Source: Candidatus Fermentibacterota bacterium (lineage in GTDB: Bacteria > JAFGKV01). From it: DNA of 64,000 nucleotides. Positions 46,985 to 55,700 of this stretch are shown here, piece after piece. The translations under genes were made by a program, and so were the position numbers. The DNA lies in contig JAFGKV010000238.1 in assembly GCA_016928395.1 (NCBI GenBank), positions 11,708 to 75,707 of the forward strand, given 5' to 3'. Each line of letters starts with the position of its first letter. Positions within the stretch are counted from its first letter, which is position 1. The notes under the pieces are model-generated. The model was not told the DNA's origin and did no database searches. It saw nothing but the letters and a program-made list of their open reading frames with translations.

Positions 46985-48518
46985 GTTGTCCACCATGGGT
47001 GATGGTGTTCCGCGCGATGCCCTGCAGGATCCGCTCAGCAGGGCACAGGACGAACGCGTGGGTGCGGTGACGGTGCCCCAAGGCAGCCGGCGGGAGCGCC
47101 GTTTCCGGGCCTTCGTCGTACCCTCGCTCCTGATGCTTCACGCCGTCACCGTCATGACGGCGATGGTCTCCTCCTACTGGCTTCGTTTTCATGTCGCGCC
47201 GGCGTTGGGCCTCCTGGCACACATTCATCCGCCCGGCATTGGACTCTACTTGCCGGGGTTTGTCGGCGGTGCGGCGATTGTGGTCGCAGTGCTCTCGTAT
47301 CTAGGTTGCTACGGAAGTAGAAGACGCCTGGTGCGGGACGGTGATTACACCATGGCTCTGAAGGCCTGTACTATCGGTACGGTTCTCCAACTCGCTCTCT
47401 CGTATTTCACCAAGTCCACCTACTTCTCGAGACTTATCTTCCTAATGTCGTGGGTCAACGGGGCTGTGCTCTTCTACCTGGTGCTCATGATTCTCGCCCG
47501 AGTCCAGCGTCTCCTTGTCCGCCGCGGCCTCGCTCGGTCGCGGTTCTTGATTGTCGGAGACGGGGAGAGTGCCCGGGCTCTGCGGAGACGACTCCAGGTG
47601 GACGCTGATCTGGGCAAGGAGTTCGTAGGCTTCATATCCTCGCATTCGTTGAATCAGCCCCGGATTCACGCGCCAGAGGTAGTGGGCTCGGTGGACGATG
47701 TCGGTGCGGCCATAGGTCAGTTCAATGTTGACCATGTCTACATCACCTCCCGTGACCTTAGTCATGCGGCCATTCTGCGAATACTAGACGACTGTAGCAC
47801 GCATCACGCCCAGGTGGATATGCTGTCCGATCTCTACGAAATTCTTCATGGGGGCGCGACGGTACAGCAGGTTGCCGGGTTCCCCATGGTGAGCCTACGC
47901 CAGGTGGCCTTGCGGCAGCGGCAGGAGACGATCAAGCGATGGATGGACGTGATGGTGGCACTGGCGCTTATGGTTTTCGCGGTACCTCTGGCCTGCGTGA
48001 TCGCCGCCGCCATCCGTCTCGACTCGCCTGGTCCCGTATTCTACTCTCAGGTTCGGATAGGCAAGGGGGGAAGACGGTTTCGCATGTACAAGTTCCGCTC
48101 CATGGCCCTGGACGCAGACGAGCGCCTGGATCAAGTGAAGCGGCTGAACGAAGCGGCCGGTCCGCTCTTCAAGATCCGCGAAGACCCTCGGGTGACCCGA
48201 ATTGGACGTCTGCTTCGACGCACCAGCCTCGACGAGCTTCCGCAGATCTTCAATGTGCTCAATGGTGATATGAGTCTTGTCGGTCCCCGGCCTCCATTGC
48301 CTTCAGAAGTCGAATCGTACGCCGACTGGCATCATCGGAGGCTGACAGTCAGGCAGGGTATGACCGGGTTATGGCAAGTCAGCGGCAGAAGCCTGCTGGC
48401 CTTCGATGAGATGGTCAACCTCGACATATACTATATCGAGAATTGGTCAATCTGGCTCGATCTTCTCATCTTGCTGCGAACTATCCCCATCGTGCTGCAG
48501 GCCCGGGGCGCCTACTGA
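46977..48518 (+). CDS. Polyprenyl-phosphate sugar phosphotransferase (WcaJ/CpsE-like initiating transferase)
   Basis: TM block, CoA-binding-like domain, [40 protein letters not shown]. Confidence 0.93.
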   Translation: MPELSTMGDGVPRDALQDPLSRAQDERVGAVTVPQGSRRERRFRAFVVPSLLMLHAVTVMTAMVSSYWLRFHVAPALGLLAHIHPPGIGLYLPGFVGGAAIVVAVLSYLGCYGSRRRLVRDGDYTMALKACTIGTVLQLALSYFTKSTYFSRLIFLMSWVNGAVLFYLVLMILARVQRLLVRRGLARSRFLIVGDGESARALRRRLQVDADLGKEFVGFISSHSLNQPRIHAPEVVGSVDDVGAAIGQFNVDHVYITSRDLSHAAILRILDDCSTHHAQVDMLSDLYEILHGGATVQQVAGFPMVSLRQVALRQRQETIKRWMDVMVALALMVFAVPLACVIAAAIRLDSPGPVFYSQVRIGKGGRRFRMYKFRSMALDADERLDQVKRLNEAAGPLFKIREDPRVTRIGRLLRRTSLDELPQIFNVLNGDMSLVGPRPPLPSEVESYADWHHRRLTVRQGMTGLWQVSGRSLLAFDEMVNLDIYYIENWSIWLDLLILLRTIPIVLQARGAY

Positions 48519-48686
48519 AGTCCTCCTCCCGAACCCCGAACCCTGCCGCCTTTTGGGTTGCCACAAGGTCATGGTCTCGTCATCGAACCGTGCGGAGTGG
48601 CCGATGGCGTCTTGCACCGCCGCGCTTGGCGTCGCGAGACGCATGACGTGAGAAGGTAACGGGCTGTTGGTGTGCCTTCGTTTGCT

Positions 48687-49577
48687 TCAGACCGCGATGG
48701 TCTCCCAATGAAGGCTGCCAAAGCCAAGGGAGGCAGCATGAATGATGTGGGGCACATCGCTGCCCTTGAGCGCCCGGCCATCCCAACGAGCCAGCGTGCA
48801 CGCGTAGGAGTCAATGGCTACAGGGTCCTCGGCAGCGGCGACGATTCCCGGCTGGACGATGATGCCCGGCCCCTGGGGACCACGGGAGGTCAAAACCGTG
48901 GTGGCGTCGAGCACAGTGATGTCCGGCTTGACCACGTGGAATAGCTCTGCGATAGCTTTCTGAAGATCCGCCTCACGGTGAAACACTTGACGGTCCTGCA
49001 CACACCCCATCAGGTTCTTGGCTCCGAATGATACCGCCGTGGCGGAGTGGGCTTTCGCCTTCGGCACATTGATGACACAGGTCGCCCTAAGGAGTTCCCT
49101 CGCTCGTTCCACCCGAGCCAATTGGCTCCCCACGGGTAGAGAAAGGGGCACGAAGTCCCTTGGCCGTGTCGGCACAACGAGGCGGGTATTGAGCAGATCC
49201 TTGAGGGCTTCTACGGCGCCTGTTCGCTCAATGCAGCGCGTCGCCTCACCCAAAGGGTTGTCCAGCACCACCACTGAGGAGGCGCCCTTGTCCACGCAAT
49301 ACCGCGCCACTGCAGTCAGCACATCCGGGCTGGTGGTCGTCGCCCAGGCCGGCGGATTTGGCCACGAAATATTCGGTTTGATCACTACCCGTGCCCCTTC
49401 TCGTATGAGCCTGCGTGCAGCAGGTATGGCATCAAGAAGACGAGGCACTCCTTCCGACGGTGCCGCGCCAGATGTCCACACGGGCGACTGCAACAGCTCC
49501 TCGCTTTGGAGCAAGTGCGGTGCGACCAGGGCGCCGGCCATGGCACCGAGAAAGCTGCGGCGATTTGTCTGTCTCAG
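48687..49577 (-). CDS. DUF362 protein with Tat signal; probable CTG start (first ATG at 49541)
   Basis: VIKPNI, TTTSP, INVPKAKAH, KNLMG, DPVAID; in-frame RRSFLG upstream of the ATG. Confidence 0.85.
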   Translation of the reverse strand: MRQTNRRSFLGAMAGALVAPHLLQSEELLQSPVWTSGAAPSEGVPRLLDAIPAARRLIREGARVVIKPNISWPNPPAWATTTSPDVLTAVARYCVDKGASSVVVLDNPLGEATRCIERTGAVEALKDLLNTRLVVPTRPRDFVPLSLPVGSQLARVERARELLRATCVINVPKAKAHSATAVSFGAKNLMGCVQDRQVFHREADLQKAIAELFHVVKPDITVLDATTVLTSRGPQGPGIIVQPGIVAAAEDPVAIDSYACTLARWDGRALKGSDVPHIIHAASLGFGSLHWETIAV

Positions 49578-49579
49578 TG

Positions 49580-50134
49580 TCAGCCTCCGTAGATGGTGAG
49601 GCTCACGTTCTCGGCGAACTGCACGACCGTCTGACGGGCGAGATCCGGTGCCACCTGCCGGTTGTCCAACGTGGCCTGCACGTAGAACCTGTCGTGCCAG
49701 AAATCGAGCACCACAGTGTCAAGACCAGTGGCTTCGTCGATCCGAGCTTCGTTGGCCGCGCCTATGAGGATCTCTTGCGCGAAGGGCAGGCGGTCGGCCC
49801 TTCGGTCAAAGATGCTCTTGGCATTAGAGGATGACCCCTGGTCTGCGATAAACAACTCCAGGGTCGACGTGGTGGTGGAAAGCGTTCCTCGGTAGTGATG
49901 GAGTACGCCCGACACAAAACCCCTCTCGGTAAACTCGGCCGCACCGCCGTCAATCAAATCGTACAGCGTAGCCCCGTCGGTGGCCTCGGCAGGTATCCCG
50001 TCCCATTGCCAGCCGGATATCTCGCCATCTGCGGGAAGAAGGTCTATCGGCTCCAGCAGTGACGAGCCCCCATTCTCATCACAGCACACGGCTACTGCCA
50101 CGACGCACAACAGAAAAGTCCTCAGGTCGCGCAT
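49580..50134 (-). CDS. Putative lipoprotein (DUF6599-like)
   Basis: AAGGAG RBS; signal ending VAVCC; LYDLIDGGA motif; 2 nt upstream of the DUF362 gene. Confidence 0.7.
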   Translation of the reverse strand: MRDLRTFLLCVVAVAVCCDENGGSSLLEPIDLLPADGEISGWQWDGIPAEATDGATLYDLIDGGAAEFTERGFVSGVLHHYRGTLSTTTSTLELFIADQGSSSNAKSIFDRRADRLPFAQEILIGAANEARIDEATGLDTVVLDFWHDRFYVQATLDNRQVAPDLARQTVVQFAENVSLTIYGG

Positions 50135-50292
50135 GAGATGACTCCTTTCTTTCGACCCAATGTGGATCGCATTCCCAGGGGCGTCAAGCCGGGATTCGGT
50201 TGACTGAGCCTCCCTCCACAGGGACATTGGCAGCGTCGAGGATCATATTGATCCTCCAACGCCGGGATCGATCCCGGGCGGAGGTATTCCGA

Positions 50293-51438
50293 ATGCCCAG
50301 AGCTTCTGCACTGGAGCCGGCATCAAGCCAGTCACCGGACGCACAGTCCCAGGTCTCCGGGTGGGCGGAGCACCGGCACACGGTGGCCGAGATTCTGTCG
50401 GCATTGACCCAACCCGAAACCTATGCACTTTCGCGGAACCTGTACCTCCTGGTGGGTTTGCTGTGGGGATTGGCCGTCACCTCGGCGGCGTGGCTGCTGG
50501 CCGCGAGCCACCAGGGCTTCGGCGCGTCACCCCGAGGTGTGTACCACATGGTGGGGAGCCAACCTACGGCGCTGCTCATGCTGGTGTTTCCGGTGGCGTT
50601 CACTGTGTTTCTGGGAGCTTTGGGCTATCTGAAGCATCGTCGTGACCGGTACATAGCGGCATTGCTCCAGGAGCTGAACGTCAACGTGCAGCGTCTGGCC
50701 TCGGCGAATGAGGAACTGCGGGAGTTGGACCGCCTGAAGGAGGAGTTCACCAGCAATATCACCCACGAGCTCAGGACACCCCTAGTGACAATCAAGGGAT
50801 ACACAGAACTCCTGCTTGGCGGAGATCTGGGCGCTCTGGACGAAACGCAACAGCGTTCGCTCAGGGTGATAGCCAAGAATGTCGCCCGTCTCATCGAGCT
50901 GATCGATCAGATTCTTCTGTTCCGTCAGCATGGCGCCACACCGCTACCCAGACAGCTTCGACCTTTCTCTCTTGGCGACCTGCTCAACGAGGTGGGCGAG
51001 AACTTCCGGCCTCAGATCATGGAGAAGAGATTGGACTTTCGCGTGCAGTTACCAGATCAACCTGTCACGGTCGTCGCCGATCGCTCCAGGATCGAGCGGG
51101 TGTTCACGAATCTGTTGTCGAATGCCACGAAGTTCACTCCGAGAGAGGGGATGGTGGTTATAGCGGTGACGTCCCCACGGAATGGGCGAGTCGGCGTATC
51201 GGTGGTAGACAATGGTTGCGGGATACCCAAGGACGCGCAGAAGTATATCTTTGACCGCTACCGCCAGGCAAATGGATCCGTCCGCAGAAGGTTTGGAGGA
51301 ACTGGGCTCGGCCTGGCCATCGTCAAGCGAATCCTCCAGGCCCATGGCGTGGACATACGCGTTGAGAGTGACGTAGGCAAAGGGTCAACGTTCACCTTCG
51401 AGCTTCCCGTTCTGAGGTCCTCCAAGGGGCGGCACTGA
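50293..51438 (+). CDS. Membrane sensor histidine kinase
   Basis: Two TMs; THELRTPL H-box, NLLSNATKFT, DNGCGI, GTGLGL. Confidence 0.94.
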   Translation: MPRASALEPASSQSPDAQSQVSGWAEHRHTVAEILSALTQPETYALSRNLYLLVGLLWGLAVTSAAWLLAASHQGFGASPRGVYHMVGSQPTALLMLVFPVAFTVFLGALGYLKHRRDRYIAALLQELNVNVQRLASANEELRELDRLKEEFTSNITHELRTPLVTIKGYTELLLGGDLGALDETQQRSLRVIAKNVARLIELIDQILLFRQHGATPLPRQLRPFSLGDLLNEVGENFRPQIMEKRLDFRVQLPDQPVTVVADRSRIERVFTNLLSNATKFTPREGMVVIAVTSPRNGRVGVSVVDNGCGIPKDAQKYIFDRYRQANGSVRRRFGGTGLGLAIVKRILQAHGVDIRVESDVGKGSTFTFELPVLRSSKGRH

Positions 51439-51503
51439 CGAGGCGCCCCGGAGGGGGTTCGTATGCAGGCAATCATCCGCAATTCACAAAGGAGAATCTC
51501 AAC

Positions 51504-52253
51504 ATGAGCCCCATGAACGCATCAGTCACACCGACGATTCTGGCCATTGATGATGAAGAGGACATACTCGGCTTCCTGACTACTCTGTTCGGGACCAGAG
51601 GTTTCCGGGTGCTCACCGCTCTTGACGGAGAGCGTGGCTTCGAGTTGGCGCAGCGCGAGCATCCCAGCGTCGTGCTGTTGGACATAATGATGCCCGAGGT
51701 TGACGGCCATGAAGTCTGCAGGCGGCTCAAGGCCGATCCCGTCACTTCGCGCATCCCCGTGCTTATGCTGACCGCGATGAATCGGATCAAGGACATCGCT
51801 CAAGCGATAGATGAAGGTGCGGATGGTTTCATGGCCAAGCCATTCGAGAATCGGAGCCTCGTTGAGGTCGTGAGCCTGATGGTGACTCCAGGCGGCCAAC
51901 TCCCAGAGTTCTACATTGCGAAGAAGCCTGGTGCAGTCCCGCTTCGGAGGATCGAGGATGTCGAGAAGGGGCATCTTGTGGTCTGGCTCAACGTCACTGA
52001 GGCGGGCCCCGACTCCATCCTGGATGATGGCTCGATTCTGGAAGGTGCCTACTTGCTTACCATCTTCACCGAGGCCAGCGATCCCCGGCAGACGAGCACG
52101 ACAGCTCTGCTGGAGGTGGCAACCCCCGAGGCGCTGGGGGATGTGGTCAACCGCCTTGCCGCGCGGGGGGGCCAGGTGGTCAGTGCTCGCGTTTTTCGCG
52201 ACATCCTGGAAGTCCCCTTCTCAGCGCTGCCCCGGTCTGAACACAACGAGTAG
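51504..52253 (+). CDS. Response regulator (receiver plus unrecognised C-terminal domain)
   Basis: ILAIDDE, LLDIMMP, LTA, KPF. Confidence 0.92.
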   Translation: MSPMNASVTPTILAIDDEEDILGFLTTLFGTRGFRVLTALDGERGFELAQREHPSVVLLDIMMPEVDGHEVCRRLKADPVTSRIPVLMLTAMNRIKDIAQAIDEGADGFMAKPFENRSLVEVVSLMVTPGGQLPEFYIAKKPGAVPLRRIEDVEKGHLVVWLNVTEAGPDSILDDGSILEGAYLLTIFTEASDPRQTSTTALLEVATPEALGDVVNRLAARGGQVVSARVFRDILEVPFSALPRSEHNE

Positions 52254-52259
52254 GATGCC

Positions 52260-52697
52260 ATGCAATGGCGGCGGCACACGAGAGCGGAGACGAGAGACCT
52301 CAGGCAGCTTCGACCGCGGGATCCTCCGGCCTTCGATGGCGGTGAGTTCATCGCCGTAGACGGGCCGCACTGCGGTCTCAGGGCGCGACTGGGCAACGGT
52401 GCCACCAGCCTCGGGAGGAGCGATGACAACGGGATTGCCCTCACTCTGGATGCCGGCGTGTCCCGACGTCATGCGTTGGTGGAATGGGTCGGGCAGCGTC
52501 TCTATCTTCGCGATTTGAGCTCCACCAACGGCACCCGGGTCAACGGTGTTCTGGTGCAGGGGAAAGTTGGTCTCTCCCATCTGGACGTCGTGTCGCTGGG
52601 GGGAACCTCATTACAGATCGTATTCGATGATCCCGGCGTGGTGCCTGTGTACGAGCTGCCCGATTCCGACGAAACCCCGACCGAGCCTCCCGTGTAG
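52260..52697 (+). CDS. FHA domain protein
   Basis: LGRS, VSRRHA, DLSSTNGTRVNG. Confidence 0.92.
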   Translation: MQWRRHTRAETRDLRQLRPRDPPAFDGGEFIAVDGPHCGLRARLGNGATSLGRSDDNGIALTLDAGVSRRHALVEWVGQRLYLRDLSSTNGTRVNGVLVQGKVGLSHLDVVSLGGTSLQIVFDDPGVVPVYELPDSDETPTEPPV

Positions 52698-52768
52698 CTT
52701 AGGTCAGCACGCGTAACCGGGTCGTAACGCCCCATTCTCCTCCACTTTTGGTGAGGCCGCTCCGCGCC

Positions 52769-55700
52769 ATGAATCATTGGCGGATACTACATCTGTTCAT
52801 AGCCCTTTGTGGCGTTGCGTCTCCCCGCGGGGCAGCCGTCGGCGTGGGGACGCTGTGGCTGGGATCACCTGCCGGGCCTGCCCACCTGGCCTCGCCGCAC
52901 CCGCCGCATCTTGTTCTCGGTGCCGATTCCTTGGCCTTGCTTCGTATGGATAAGGCCGTATGGAAGAAGTATGCGACTGCTCTTGAGTTGCCATGGCTGG
53001 ATGCAGAGGCACCCACGCTCTTTCGCCTGAATTCCGACCAACTCTCCTCCCATGCCACGGCAATGGCCCGCAGGGATGTCAGTCGCCTGTGGCACGAGGC
53101 GGTTGTGCGCAAGAAGACCGCTTCCGAGAGAGAAGGGGGTGGTTTGCTCAAGGATATCGAGTTGCCCGTGAAGCTGCCAGGCCTTCTTGGGCATGTGGTG
53201 TCGGGCAAGGCGGGGTTGAGGGTTTCGGGGCGGCAGAGGCTTGAGCTTGGCGGCAGATCTTCCTACCAGGTGGGAGGGCTTGCCGATCCAAATCGGAGCA
53301 ATTCGAAATTCCCCCAGCTTCACATGGAGCAGCAGTTGCGGGTGAGCCTCAAGGGGAATGTGGGCGACAAGATCAGTGTGCTTGTGGATCACGACAGTGG
53401 CCAGCGATCCAGCGACAAGAACAAGATCCGGATACGATACGAGGGTACCGAAGACGAGATCCTCCGTGAGGTCGAGGCGGGCAACACAAGCCTGTCTCTC
53501 GGCAGCGGGCCGGAATTCATTACCCCCAGCTTCAGCCACCAGGGACTCTTCGGCATTCGGGCCGGAGGCCAGGTGGGGCCTGCGACGCTCACAGTCATTG
53601 CCTCCAAGGAGGAGAGCCAGAAGCAGACCACCAGCTTCACCGGCCAAGCCAAGCTCGATACGATCCAGATAAACGACACGCAATACGTCCATAATCAGTT
53701 CTACTCCGTCATGATGATGCCGGGCGCCTCGTCTCTTGTGATCGACCCCACCGACAGCGTGACCAGTATTACGGTGTACCTCGACAACCAGGTCGACAAT
53801 GCGGAGCGCATTCAATCCGGCACGAAGGCTATATGCTATCTGGACCCGCGGGCTCCCTCCGAAGAAGAGACGTATCGCGGCGTTTTCACTGTGCTGCGGG
53901 AGGCTGGCGACTACGATTTTTCCTCGTCCACGGGCATCCTCGAATTGAAGCAGCCGCTGATGGAGAACAGCGTGCTCGCCGTGGCGTACACCAGCCGGAA
54001 TCAGGGCGTGGTAGGGGGAGCTGCTATTGGGGATTCGGTGAGCCTGAAGTTGGTGAAACCGCCCAACATGAATCCCGAGTCGAAGACGTGGGCCTATGAG
54101 TTGCGCAATGTGTACTACCTGGGCTCCCGATCCATTGACACCAGCAAGTTCAGACTCACCATCAAGCGGCGGGTAGCTTCGGGAACAGATCTGGAGATCT
54201 ACAACGGGAACACCTACCTGAATCTTCTGGGTCTAGACAACGACCGAAACGGCATGGTTGATCTCGACCGATCCGTTTTGGATCCTGATCGTGGCATTCT
54301 GGTGTTTCCCAATCCCGAACCGTTCAATCAGCCAGCCGTGCTGGACACGGTGAATCCCACGATTTACCGCGAGCAGTACAGCAGACTCAAGCCCGAACAC
54401 AACCTCTACTACCTCGAAGCCAGCTATGAACTGCTGCAGTCGACGTATGCGCTCAGCCCTTTCATGATCGAGAATTCCGCGGTCGTCAGGGTTAACGGGC
54501 GGACCATGGTTCGCGGGCAGGATTATGACATCGAGTTCTTCGAGTTGCGCTTCCGGGCGGGAGTCATCACCGGACCGGACGACAATGTTGTCATTTCGTA
54601 CGAGGTGAAGCCCCTGTTCGCCTCGGGCCAGAAGACGCTGGTGGGTGCCCGCTTCGAACTCCCGACCTCCCGGGTCACCAAGGTGGGCGCCACCTGGATG
54701 TACCAGAGCGAGGGCGGACCGCGCACGACTCTGCTGCCCAGGTTCGGCGAGGAGCCGAGGCGTTCGATGGTGGCCGGGTTGGATGGGCGTGTGGAGTTCA
54801 AGCCGCAGTGGCTGACAGATGCGGCCAACTTCCTGCCCTTCGTGGCGACAGATGCTCCGTCGACTATTACGCTCAGTGCCGAACTGGCCTACAGCATGCC
54901 CAACCCCAATATCCGGGGGGGCGCCACGGTGGACGATATGGAGGGCAATCGCGAGGCTACCCCCCTGCCATTGGCATTTCGCCGGTGGTCTCTGGGCAGC
55001 CTGCCCTTCGGAGTCAACGCCGCAGGGCAGGATACACTGTTCTACTGGCACAATTTCGGCTATAGCGATCCATCCAAGCTGTCCAAGGGCGACATCTATC
55101 CCGACAGCGTGCTCACCGACGATCGGGAGCGGGATGAGCTGGTGGAGGTCTTGAACCTGCGGGTTCACCCCTCGGCTGATGCTCCCGGTGGGACATGGGC
55201 GGCCATCCAGACTCTGGTACAAGCGGGAGGTGCGGATTTGACCGAGCGGGAGTACCTTGAGGTCTTGGTCCGGGGCGACACGGGGAGGCTGCACATCGAT
55301 CTCGGGGCGGTCTCCGAGGACCAGGCCAGGAAGGGGACTGGAGGCAACGGGGTATTGGACACCGAGGATCAGAATCCCCGAGACGGAGAGTTCTTTGCTC
55401 TCGAGGAGGACACCGGATTCGATGGCCTGCGCAATGCCGATGAACCCGGGGAGGGGCATGACCCCGCAGGAGACGATTACGCCTACGATTCGGCGCGTCC
55501 TCAGGACTACACCAAGGTCAACGGGGAAGAAGGCAACGATGTGTGGGACACCGAGGACCTCAATAGGAACGGCCAGATAGACGTGCGAGAGGCCTTCTTC
55601 TCATTCGATCTTCCCCTGGATTCCTACAGCGAACTCATCGAGGCAGAGTACCAGAACGGGTGGCGCTTGTTCCGGATTCCGCTGGGAAGCGACCAGGTGG

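Noticed and set aside
50159-50228. Back-to-back TTGAC-N17 promoter-like elements between divergent genes
   Set aside because: -10 boxes (CACATT, GACATT) are weak; plausible but not supportable from sequence alone
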